A stretch of DNA of 62,907 nt from positions 1 to 62,907 of the IMG/VR virus record IMGVR_UViG_3300048851_000073, one strand, 5' to 3'. Shown here one piece after another: positions 49,175 to 58,231 of the stretch. Numbering within the stretch: the stretch's first letter is position 1; each line of letters begins with the position of its first letter. The translations under genes were made by a program, and so were the position numbers. The notes below the pieces were generated by a model that saw only the letters and a list, made by a program, of their open reading frames with translations, made no database searches and was not told where the DNA came from. Source of the DNA: a virus (lineage: Duplodnaviria > Caudoviricetes).

Positions 49175-51271
49175 GTGGCAAACAAGATCAATATCGTCAT
49201 CTCAGCGCAAGACAAAGCCTCGGCGGAACTGAAGAAGACCGAAGCAGGTCTGAAAGCATTCTCGCAAGGCGCGGATGAGTCTTCCCGTGCTTCGCGTGCG
49301 CTCGGGGTTGCCACGGATGTCGCCAAGGTCGGGCTACTTGCGACGGGCGCTGCAGCAGTGGCCGCAGGCAAGTTTGCCGTTACTGCCGCTGCCGGGTATG
49401 AGCAGTCCCTCAACATCTTTCGTTCGGTTTCCGGCGCGACTGCCGAGCAGATGGTTGCCGTGGGGGCTCGTTCGCGTGAGTTAGGGAAAGACCTATCACT
49501 GCCAGGAGTCAGCGCAGCTGACGCGGCGCTTGCCATGGTTGAGCTTGCCAAAGCCGGCCTCTCGGTCAACGACACTATGGCTGCGTCTAAAGGTGTTCTG
49601 TCACTCGCCAAAGCCGGTCAAATGGAGACGGCACAGGCAGCAGAGATAGCCGCCAATGCTCTCAATGCATTCGGTCTCAGGGGTAGCGAAGCGTCACGTG
49701 TGGCCGACATCTTGGCTGCAGCCGCCAATGCCTCGAGCGCGGACGTCACCGACCTGGCGCTGAGCCTCCAAATGTCGAGTGCTGGTGCTGCAGCAGTGAA
49801 GGTGCCGATCGACAATCTCGTCGCCTCCATCGGACTGATGGCGAACAACGGCATCAAGGGCTCAGACGCCGGTACGTCGCTCAAGACGATGTTCATGAAC
49901 CTCATCCCGCAAACCGACAAGCAGATCGCCTCATTCAGAAAGCTCAACCTCGACTTCTACAACGCCAAGGGCAATTTCGTCGGGATGCGCGAAATGATCC
50001 GCCAGCTCGAAGTTGGGACACGCAACCTCACCGATGAGCAGAAGGCCCAGCACATCGAGACCATCTTCGGTTCCGATTCCTCTCGTGCGGCGAACATCCT
50101 TCTGAAAGAGGGCGTCAAAGGCTATGACGAGATGACCAGAGCGGTCAACAAGAACGGCGCGGCAACTGCGCTGGCCGCTGCTCAGAACGCTGGCTTCAAG
50201 GGTGCGCTCGACGGGCTGAAGAGCACTATCGAGACGATCGCAATCGATGTCGGCATGAAAATGCTGCCAGGACTGACTGCACTAGCGACCAGCATCAATT
50301 CGCAGATCGAACCGTCGTTCAACCGGCTCGTGGCTGGAGGAAAGGCGGTGTGGGGCGTCGTCACCACAATCGCGGACGAGGTGGCCTTCCGACTCGGTCC
50401 CAAGTTCGAGTTTCTGTGGACGATCGTCTCCACGAACCTGATTCCAGCCTTCGCCCAGCTATATACCGCTGTTCTGCCGCTCCTCCCTGTGATCGGTGGA
50501 ACTCTGCTGGTTGCTGTAGGTCTCCTGGCAGACGGAGTGAATCTAGTGACGTTCGCGTTCTCTGGCTTGGTCGCACTGGCTGCAGTCTTGCTCCAGGGTC
50601 TCAGTGACGGCAACCCGATCGTGTGGACGCTGGCAGGCGCGTTCACCGGCCTTGGGGTTGCGATGGGCATCCACGCGATCATCAACACCGTGACGGCCGC
50701 GATGGCGGTGATGTCGGCGGTGACGATCCCTGCGTTGATCGCGAAAGTTGCGGCGCTCAATCTGATGGTCATGACGCCAATGGTCATGCCTGCCATCGCA
50801 ATTGGTGCTGCGCTCGCGGCCATCGCAGCGGTGTGGAACGCCTACAACGAGATGATGTCCGCCATCGAGGGGGCGAAGGCCTCACAAGCACGAAGCAACA
50901 AGGCCGGTGCTGACCTTCGGGCAACCGCCGATGCGTCGTTCAAGTCCGGCAAGATCGATCAGAAAGAGAAGGACCGCCTGTACAGCGTTTCGTTCAAGGC
51001 ACTCGGTACCAACTACGCAGAAGGTGGCGCGACCGTCGTAGGTGAGCACGGGCCTGAAATCGTGAATATGCCTCGTGGTGCACAGGTTACGCAGGCCTAC
51101 CGCAGTCGAAATGAACTCGGACAGGGGAGCGGCGGTGGAGTCACAGTACACATCACCGGTCCGGTTTCGTTCACCGACAACGCAGCGATCGACTACTTTG
51201 CGCAGCGTTTGAACCAGTCTGCTCGGCTGGCACGATCCGGAATGAGTAGCACGGTAGGAGCTGCAGCGTAA
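49175..51271 (+). CDS. Tape measure protein (TP901-type core)
   Basis: ELAKAGLS, GIKGSDAGTSLK, IFGSD, ALGTNYAEGG..VGEHGPE. Confidence 0.93.
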   Translation: MANKINIVISAQDKASAELKKTEAGLKAFSQGADESSRASRALGVATDVAKVGLLATGAAAVAAGKFAVTAAAGYEQSLNIFRSVSGATAEQMVAVGARSRELGKDLSLPGVSAADAALAMVELAKAGLSVNDTMAASKGVLSLAKAGQMETAQAAEIAANALNAFGLRGSEASRVADILAAAANASSADVTDLALSLQMSSAGAAAVKVPIDNLVASIGLMANNGIKGSDAGTSLKTMFMNLIPQTDKQIASFRKLNLDFYNAKGNFVGMREMIRQLEVGTRNLTDEQKAQHIETIFGSDSSRAANILLKEGVKGYDEMTRAVNKNGAATALAAAQNAGFKGALDGLKSTIETIAIDVGMKMLPGLTALATSINSQIEPSFNRLVAGGKAVWGVVTTIADEVAFRLGPKFEFLWTIVSTNLIPAFAQLYTAVLPLLPVIGGTLLVAVGLLADGVNLVTFAFSGLVALAAVLLQGLSDGNPIVWTLAGAFTGLGVAMGIHAIINTVTAAMAVMSAVTIPALIAKVAALNLMVMTPMVMPAIAIGAALAAIAAVWNAYNEMMSAIEGAKASQARSNKAGADLRATADASFKSGKIDQKEKDRLYSVSFKALGTNYAEGGATVVGEHGPEIVNMPRGAQVTQAYRSRNELGQGSGGGVTVHITGPVSFTDNAAIDYFAQRLNQSARLARSGMSSTVGAAA

Positions 51272-52044
51272 TGGCCGCTACTGCAGTTGCTTACGGCACT
51301 CTGAACATGCAGACAGAGAAGATCTGGGCGACGACCACGGATGTCTTCTCGGCCCCTGAGAACAACGTCCAGACAGATAACCTGGCGCAGTCAGACGGCG
51401 CGATATTCGTCCGTAGCTCGGTGAGGGCAAAGAGCTTTTCAGTCGCCGGCATCATCCGTGGAGACAGTATCGCTGACACGGACAGCTTGATCGATCAGTT
51501 CAAGATGGGACTTCGCCTGGCCCAGCAAAACTTCGACATCGCTTACGCCGGTTCGGTTCGAAGGTATGTCGCCAGTCCGCAGAACATCATGATCACCCGC
51601 GAACGCGGCCAGGCGACTGCTGGTTGGTCGGTACAGTTCATCTGCGCCAGTCCAGTTGGCATGGATACGAACTCATCCACCCTGCTCGCGGCAACGCCTG
51701 TCACCACTTCAACTGCGTCCATCCCGATCGCAGTGGGCGGTACGTACCAGGCAGAGCCGTACATCAAGGTGACTCTCACAGCAGTGACAGGCGGTACCTC
51801 GAAGACAATCACCATCACCAACACAACGACACTCCGCGGTATCAGAATCATCCGCACCTGGTCACCCGGCGATGTCCTGGAAATCGACAGCTTCAACAAG
51901 ACCGTCTACGTGAACAGTCAGGTCGTCATCTTCGACGGCCAGTTCCCGAAGTGGGATGTCGGATCACAGAACATCGGGTATCTCGACGACTTCACAACCC
52001 GCACGGCAAGCATCACCGCTGAGTACACCAGGCGGTGGTTGTAG
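51271..52044 (+). CDS. Distal tail protein (Dit-like)
   Basis: Follows TMP; GDVLEIDSFNKTVYVN. Confidence 0.75.
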   Translation: MAATAVAYGTLNMQTEKIWATTTDVFSAPENNVQTDNLAQSDGAIFVRSSVRAKSFSVAGIIRGDSIADTDSLIDQFKMGLRLAQQNFDIAYAGSVRRYVASPQNIMITRERGQATAGWSVQFICASPVGMDTNSSTLLAATPVTTSTASIPIAVGGTYQAEPYIKVTLTAVTGGTSKTITITNTTTLRGIRIIRTWSPGDVLEIDSFNKTVYVNSQVVIFDGQFPKWDVGSQNIGYLDDFTTRTASITAEYTRRWL

Positions 52045-52053
52045 GGGCGCGTC

Positions 52054-53931
52054 ATGCCGACCATAGTTGCCTACCCACTTAGCTCAAAAGACGACGCTCA
52101 GAAGCGCTTTGACAACAGTGCCGACTACAACGACTCATCCGGCACTCTGGTACTTGGTAAGAAGTTCGACGTCTCAGGACAGTCGATGACTGTAGGCATC
52201 CGGTTCCCCAACATCTCCATCCCACCCGGCGCCACGATCACGTCCGCCACACTCGCGTTGGTATCTCAGTACGAGAACCCAAGTACCGTCTCGCTTCGTG
52301 TCTTCGCCGAGAACACCGATAGTTCACTGCCCTTCTCCAGTTCAAACGATCCGGCGGACCGCCCACTCACCACTGCGTTCACTAACTGGGTGCCTGCAGC
52401 CGGTAGCAACTGGGTGGGGAGCGGTGTTTACAACAGCACCCCCGACATCGGCCCGCTGATCCAAGCTGTGGTCAACCGAGCCGGGTGGACTGCCGGCAAT
52501 GCGATCACGCTGATCATCAAGGACAACGGCTCGACGAATTACCAGGGACACTCAGCGGCGTCTGTTGATTCGGGGCCAACCACTGCTCCGAAACTGACGG
52601 TGACCTACTCAGTCGTAGCGCCTGTCACGGTGCAAACTTTCCAAACCGCGCCGAAGGAGTACCTGTACAAGGTCTCAAAACCAGACGGCACGTACGTCGG
52701 GGTCTGGAGCGATGTGACCGACGATCCCCAGTGGACTCAGCAGATCAATACCCCGGGGACGACAACCACTGTGTTTCTCGGACGTTCAGCGGACAACATG
52801 ATCGAGCGACGCGAGGCTTGGGTTGATCAGACCAACACTCGGTACGCCGATCAATCCGGCGAGGAGTACATGTTCGTCTCGCGCACCTCAAACACGGTCG
52901 GTCCCGATACCGACGTCGAGTACGGACTGAACGTCGACATCTATGCGGTGTACGGCGGGTACGAGCCCCTGGTTGATCAAAACGGGGTGCCTTACGCCGA
53001 CCAGACCGGTGACTCATACGTCGTTGCGACCGGCGCACCACTCGGCCAGCGCGTGTTCAGCGGAAAGATCAAAAGTTACAAGGCTGTCTACAAGGACAGG
53101 GAGGGCGTCGAGGTCTTGTTGGTGTCCCACGGCATCGAGCTGACAGAAGGCGAGCCGATCAAATCTGGCACCAGCACGACGGTTACGTACGCGACCACTC
53201 CGCTCGACACGATCGTCAAATCAATCCTTGACACCAATCCAGGCAAGATCACATACAACGCGGGATCGATTGACTACACGGGTGTTTCACCAACCTTGAA
53301 GTTCCAACTCAACACGAAGCTCGAAGGCATCAAGAGTGCCTTCACCCAGACACCTGAGGGTTTCTATTGGTACGTCGACATCGGCGAGAACGTGCTCTAC
53401 ATGAAACAGAACCAGCCCATCGTGAACCACGTCTTCATCAAGGGACGTCATCTGAGCGAAGTGAACATCGAGCGCTCGGGGGAGAACCTACGCAACCGGA
53501 TCTACTTTGTGGGCGGCGACACAGGCAGCGGTGTCCTCTACAAGGTCTACGAAGATGCTGCGGCCATCGCGGATTTTGGGCTGGCTACCTACCGAATTAC
53601 CGACCGACGCTTCACAGTGGCAGCCCATGCCCAGCGATACGCGCAGAAGGTTCTCTCGCGCTATGCACGCCCGGTCTACACCTCGACGATCACAGTGCCG
53701 TCCAGCGTGTACAACATCGAAGACATCAAGCTGGGGCACAACATCGCCTTCCGCAACTTCGGGAACTTCATCGATACACAGGTACTGCAGGCGGTCTCGA
53801 TCAGCTACACCCCATACGCCGTAACGATTCAACTCGGTGAAGTGCTCGATGATCAGAAGTCGATCATCGCTGACCTCGACGAGGGGCTGTCGAACGAACA
53901 ATACCAAGATATTCCAAACGCTCCATCGTAA
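52054..53931 (+). CDS. Tail tip/hub protein with N-terminal DNRLRE-like domain
   Basis: IRFPNISIPPGATITSATL..PKLTVTY; NRIYFVGG; position. Confidence 0.7.
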   Translation: MPTIVAYPLSSKDDAQKRFDNSADYNDSSGTLVLGKKFDVSGQSMTVGIRFPNISIPPGATITSATLALVSQYENPSTVSLRVFAENTDSSLPFSSSNDPADRPLTTAFTNWVPAAGSNWVGSGVYNSTPDIGPLIQAVVNRAGWTAGNAITLIIKDNGSTNYQGHSAASVDSGPTTAPKLTVTYSVVAPVTVQTFQTAPKEYLYKVSKPDGTYVGVWSDVTDDPQWTQQINTPGTTTTVFLGRSADNMIERREAWVDQTNTRYADQSGEEYMFVSRTSNTVGPDTDVEYGLNVDIYAVYGGYEPLVDQNGVPYADQTGDSYVVATGAPLGQRVFSGKIKSYKAVYKDREGVEVLLVSHGIELTEGEPIKSGTSTTVTYATTPLDTIVKSILDTNPGKITYNAGSIDYTGVSPTLKFQLNTKLEGIKSAFTQTPEGFYWYVDIGENVLYMKQNQPIVNHVFIKGRHLSEVNIERSGENLRNRIYFVGGDTGSGVLYKVYEDAAAIADFGLATYRITDRRFTVAAHAQRYAQKVLSRYARPVYTSTITVPSSVYNIEDIKLGHNIAFRNFGNFIDTQVLQAVSISYTPYAVTIQLGEVLDDQKSIIADLDEGLSNEQYQDIPNAPS

Positions 53932-53967
53932 ATGACGTGTTATATTGAAATTAAGGAACTACATTGA

Positions 53968-54519
53968 ATGACAAAGCAGATATCAGATCAACCGAGTAAA
54001 GTCACCGCCAGCGCTTCGGATCTCGTTCTAATACGAGACACCACATCAAACTCTGATAAGAAAACCACGGTCAGCGGTCTCGCTAGCGGTGTTGCGGCAA
54101 ACCTTCCGAACAACTCGGTGAATGCCGCAGCGCTCGCATCAGGCGCGATCAAACTGGGGTACACGCAGGTAACGGCAAATGTGACCGCTTCAGGTGGCGC
54201 TACACCAACCGCGATGAGCACCCCACTCACTTCAACCGTCACCGTGCCCGATGGTCGTTCAGTGCGCGTCACCTTCTACTGCACCCAAGCATCCGGTGGT
54301 AGCTCGCCGAACTTCCAGATCTGGGATGGACCTGTGGGAAGCGGCACGCAGATTGGCCAGGCGAACATCAGCTCTGCCTCGTACATCAACTGCCAGACGA
54401 TCGTCAGTCCGGCTGCTGGAACCAAGACGTACAACGTCGGATGCCAGTCAGGTTCGGGAACCGCTACGGCGTTTGCGAGTGCGACCGCACCGGCATACAT
54501 CCTGGTGGAGGCAATCTGA
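53968..54519 (+). CDS. Small tail fibre / minor tail protein
   Basis: Ser/Thr/Gly-rich, PAYILVEAI terminus. Confidence 0.6.
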   Translation: MTKQISDQPSKVTASASDLVLIRDTTSNSDKKTTVSGLASGVAANLPNNSVNAAALASGAIKLGYTQVTANVTASGGATPTAMSTPLTSTVTVPDGRSVRVTFYCTQASGGSSPNFQIWDGPVGSGTQIGQANISSASYINCQTIVSPAAGTKTYNVGCQSGSGTATAFASATAPAYILVEAI

Positions 54520-54610
54520 TGGCTATGTCTTTCGCCACAACTAAGGGTGACGACGATCAGAGACCGACACCACCGGTACCTGACAACACAGTTCCGCCAG
54601 AGGGTGCGGA

Positions 54611-55387
54611 ATGAAACAGATCTACCAACCTAACCTCGGGGTAGCAGCCACGCCGGGCTACTGCCTGGCCTATGTCGACGACGCTGGCAATGCTCCTAAT
54701 CGGCGTCCAAGCGCGAAGGCCGCGTTTGAAGTCGAACAAGCGGCAGGAAGAATCCGAGGCGGTGACAGCCCGTCTGGAATATGGGTCGTCGGGTTCCTGG
54801 AGTTCACCAGAGGAAGCTATGTATATCACGGTACGACCCACTTCATGCGAGATCTCGGACACGTCTTTTTCATGAAGAACAATGGGAACGGCACCTATGA
54901 CCTTCGGGATAGTGAAATTGCATCCGGCGTGAAGAAGAGTAGATATAACAGCGTCAACGATATCGTTTCATGGTTTGGAATTTACAGTCCTAGATACATC
55001 GGTTGGAGCACTAATTGCGACGGGAGAACGTACGCAGAGGAGGAAGAAGATATGGCAAAGACATCACTAGAGCACGAGCGCATCCTAGCGTGGATGTCGG
55101 GACAAAATGGGTTCTTTGGTAGCAAGAACGCGTTGGTGGGTGAGATAGACGGCGATCTGAATCAAAACCACGTCGGCACAGAAGCTCTTAAATCACTCAC
55201 TACGTGGTTTCATTCGCCTGCTATGCAGAAGTATATATTCGAGACGCTTCCGGCCATGTCAAAGAAGACCGAACTTGCGGACAGGCTCCTCGAAGAGAAT
55301 GCGGCACTTAAAAAGCAGCTCGCCGAGTCCCGGGTGGCCGATGACTTCGTAGAAGTAACAGATAAACTATTTTATAAAAAGAAATAA
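54611..55387 (+). CDS. Endolysin candidate (CHAP/NlpC-P60-like Cys-His peptidase)
   Basis: GYCLAYVDD..SAK, GHV, YIGWS; position before membrane genes. Confidence 0.7.
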   Translation: MKQIYQPNLGVAATPGYCLAYVDDAGNAPNRRPSAKAAFEVEQAAGRIRGGDSPSGIWVVGFLEFTRGSYVYHGTTHFMRDLGHVFFMKNNGNGTYDLRDSEIASGVKKSRYNSVNDIVSWFGIYSPRYIGWSTNCDGRTYAEEEEDMAKTSLEHERILAWMSGQNGFFGSKNALVGEIDGDLNQNHVGTEALKSLTTWFHSPAMQKYIFETLPAMSKKTELADRLLEENAALKKQLAESRVADDFVEVTDKLFYKKK

Positions 55388-55491
55388 CCCGCAATGGCTG
55401 CCCGACTGTATAGCGCTGACAAGGCACCCAATCAGTACAAAGGGAGTAACGCCCTCGGTTTTGAATGCGCTCAACAAGCCGGAGTTGCTAT

Positions 55492-55746
55492 ATGACCGAA
55501 GATTTACCAACATACCTACTTTCACAAGGCGTACTAGGTGTTGCCTGTCTAGTTCTGGGGTATGTTTGCGTTCGGCTATACAGGGAGAACAAAGAACTCC
55601 AAGGTGAGATTCGGCAGCTCTACAAAGATCAGCTCGCTGACAACAAAGAAGTTGCGAAAGATGTCACAGAAGTTTTGCGAGGAAATTCACAGGCAAACCT
55701 GGCTCTTGCTGAGAAGATAGAAGCAGTACAAGGACGCCGACAATGA
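55492..55746 (+). CDS. Holin-like membrane protein
   Basis: QGVLGVACLVL TM plus coiled coil. Confidence 0.55.
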   Translation: MTEDLPTYLLSQGVLGVACLVLGYVCVRLYRENKELQGEIRQLYKDQLADNKEVAKDVTEVLRGNSQANLALAEKIEAVQGRRQ

Positions 55747-55955
55747 AATGGTTCAGCAAGAACAAAACCAAGCTCGACAGGGAACAAGACAAAATCAAGG
55801 TCGAGGTGACCGTGTCGAAAGAAGCGACGAAGCGCGAGATCGAGAAGGCTAAGGCTGCTAATCAGGCGCTCGCCGAACTTCTCGAGGCTAATCACTTCAC
55901 TGTCCAGATCTACCGCACCGCCCAGCTCGGCGCGAAGAAGGCGGGTAAGGCATGA
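55743..55955 (+). CDS. Hypothetical protein (lysis region)
   Basis: ATGA coupling. Confidence 0.55.
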   Translation: MKWFSKNKTKLDREQDKIKVEVTVSKEATKREIEKAKAANQALAELLEANHFTVQIYRTAQLGAKKAGKA

Positions 55956-56320
55956 TCCCTATCGACCTCTACGCCTGGATATTGCTCGTCAGTCGCGTCG
56001 TCATGGTAGCGCTGACCATTGACATCATTCGCAAACAAATCAGTGGGTTCGCAGTTAAGGCGACGGGCAGGCTTCGGTTACTCCGACGGTCTTTGTTCGC
56101 GGCGGCCGTCATTTTGCTCGTTGGAAGTGTGTACCCAATTGTCTTTGACATCATCACGATCTTTGGAGAGACGGGGCGAGCCGAGTCGGTACGGATCGAC
56201 AGCTTCATCTACATGATGAACGCGAACATTACCTGGCTAGCGGTGAGCTTCGCTCTGTGGCTCACCTACTGGTTTGCAGACACTGCAGAAGATGCGGTGA
56301 TAAGCGTCGACAAGCGATGA
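55952..56320 (+). CDS. 3-TM membrane protein
   Basis: Three hydrophobic segments. Confidence 0.6.
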   Translation: MIPIDLYAWILLVSRVVMVALTIDIIRKQISGFAVKATGRLRLLRRSLFAAAVILLVGSVYPIVFDIITIFGETGRAESVRIDSFIYMMNANITWLAVSFALWLTYWFADTAEDAVISVDKR

Positions 56321-56326
56321 CCTGCC

Positions 56327-56800
56327 ATGGAGTACATCACTGACTTTCACGAAGCCGAGCTGAATGCCGAGTCGGTTCTCCGGTGCTGGGGCTTTGCTGA
56401 CGCGAAGGCTACGACTGGGGGAGCAGATGGTGGGATAGATGTCAGGTCCAAGGCTGCCCTCGCGCAGGTCAAGTGGAAGGGCGGCGCTGCAGGCAGGCCG
56501 GAGATCCAGAACTTGGTTGGCGCGTCAGGTAATGACCGTCACAAGCAGCTGTTCTTCTTCGCAGCCTCCAGCTTCACGAAGACTGCCGTGGAGTATGCGA
56601 ACCAAGTTGATGTCCGACTCTTCATCTACGACCCGCTAGGCAAAGTGGAGCCAGCCAACGAACGCGCGCTGCAGTTCATGAAGACACTCGGCTCTAGTGC
56701 GCGCCAGCCAGCATCGAAGATCCCTTGGACTCACTACGTTGTGTACTTGGTGGCCGCACTGCTCTGCTTCCTTGCTATGACGATTCCGTTCATAACTTGA
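56327..56800 (+). CDS. Mrr-like nuclease domain with C-terminal TM
   Basis: GADGGIDV..AQVK, FTKTAVEYA. Confidence 0.8.
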   Translation: MEYITDFHEAELNAESVLRCWGFADAKATTGGADGGIDVRSKAALAQVKWKGGAAGRPEIQNLVGASGNDRHKQLFFFAASSFTKTAVEYANQVDVRLFIYDPLGKVEPANERALQFMKTLGSSARQPASKIPWTHYVVYLVAALLCFLAMTIPFIT

Positions 56801-56853
56801 CTGTCACGATCACAAAGCGCATATTGAAACCACAACTTAATGAGGAACATCAC

Positions 56854-57030
56854 ATGAGCAACTTTTTCGAAGACATCTTCAGCATCACGAGAACTAAGAA
56901 ATTTTGGGTGGCGGTCGCAGGCGCACTCGTCTCGTACGCACTCGCTACGTTCGGGCAGAGCAACGAACTTACTTTGTTCACTGGACTGCTCACGGCGCTT
57001 GGCGTCTACGGCGTCAGCAACGAGAGTTGA
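56854..57030 (+). CDS. Holin (2-TM)
   Basis: KKFWVAVAGA..LTALGVYGVSN; SD GAGG. Confidence 0.7.
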   Translation: MSNFFEDIFSITRTKKFWVAVAGALVSYALATFGQSNELTLFTGLLTALGVYGVSNES

Positions 57031-57152
57031 CGTTAGAAGCGTTTTGAATCGGGCGTGGCACGTGTTGCCACGCTCTTTCGATTAGTTGGTCAGTTCGATG
57101 TGTTAGCGTTGTTGCAGAGGCTCTGACGACATCAAACTTTCCTGGAGGAAAC

Positions 57153-57521
57153 ATGGCTGAGCGCCGCACAATTACGGTTGAGTACGTGGACGATCTCGAC
57201 GGCTCGGTCGTTGACGAAGCGGACGTCAGCACGGTCGCATTCAGCTACAAGGGCACGTCTTACGAAATAGATCTGAAGCCGGCCAACGCCAAGAAGCTCG
57301 ACGATGCGTTGAACAAGTATATTGCTGCTGCACGGAAGACTTCGAATGGCCGACGCGGTCGGGCAGCAAGCACTGCGACCCGCCCGTCCACTGGATCGGG
57401 ACGCAGCAAGGAAGAGCTGGCAGCGATACGTAGTTGGGCGATCGACGAGGGCTACGAGATCTCCCCGCGCGGCAGAATCAAAGCCGAGATTATTGAGGCG
57501 TACGACGCTGCGAGCAAGTAG
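57153..57521 (+). CDS. lsr2: Lsr2 nucleoid-associated protein
   Basis: VDDLDG, YEIDL, IRSWA..G..ISPRGRI. Confidence 0.95.
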   Translation: MAERRTITVEYVDDLDGSVVDEADVSTVAFSYKGTSYEIDLKPANAKKLDDALNKYIAAARKTSNGRRGRAASTATRPSTGSGRSKEELAAIRSWAIDEGYEISPRGRIKAEIIEAYDAASK

Positions 57522-57775
57522 TTTGTTCGTCTAATTTCGCCGGATTTACCACTTCTCCGGTACCCCACTACCACTCCCCCGCAGGTCTAGACCCCCCCGT
57601 TACATCTAGCACAACGTTCGTTCTGTTCTTGTTCGATTCAACAGGGATCAGACTGCTTTTTCATAGACACACCAACGGTAGAGTAGGGCAGGTTATTGAC
57701 AATCTGTCAAGGTGTGGGTGATGTAGCCTAAGCACGCGGGGGAGTGCAACCATAAGCGTCACACTCACGTACACA

Positions 57776-57818
57776 CAGCTAAGCCGGACACCTACACAAA
57801 AGGTGTCCGGCTTAGCTG
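57776..57818. terminator. 18-bp perfect hairpin between convergent units
   Basis: CAGCTAAGCCGGACACCT-N7-AGGTGTCCGGCTTAGCTG. Confidence 0.75.
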
Positions 57819-57830
57819 ACTCAGTGAGGC

Positions 57831-58136
57831 CTACCCGTAGTGATTGTTCAGCGGAAGGTCGTCTGCGCGCCGTAGGTTGAGCGCGTCCTCGTTCGCCATC
57901 ACGAAGTGATCTTCGCCCGCTTCAGCTCGCGTCAAAAAGTCCATGCCTTCTCGAAACATGTCGAGTCGCACGTCCTTGCCGTGAAGCCCGCGACCGTACT
58001 CTTCAGCGGAATCGAGTGCTCGTTCGATGTATCCCATGTGGTTTCTCAGACGCGCTGCAAAGTCTAAGATTCCACGTGACAGGTCGTCTGCACGAACCAG
58101 TTCTTCGCCTTCGTCTGCGTAGGTCATAGCCGTCAC
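57831..58136 (-). CDS. Hypothetical protein
   Basis: End of leftward operon. Confidence 0.5.
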   Translation of the reverse strand: MTAMTYADEGEELVRADDLSRGILDFAARLRNHMGYIERALDSAEEYGRGLHGKDVRLDMFREGMDFLTRAEAGEDHFVMANEDALNLRRADDLPLNNHYG

Positions 58137-58231
58137 ACCTTATGCGTTTCGAATACTTGATTGACGGTATGCCAGGTCAACGTTCTGCTCGCAATCTCTC
58201 CATCGACTTGAACCAATGTCTATCCCGAAAC

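Noticed and set aside
43037-50823. Long antisense ORFs (43037-43645, 47452-48201, 50182-50823)
   Set aside because: Shadows of well-supported structural genes
36129-54519. Diversity-generating retroelement or invertible tail-fibre cassette
   Set aside because: No reverse transcriptase, and no TR/VR pair or flanking inverted repeats noticed
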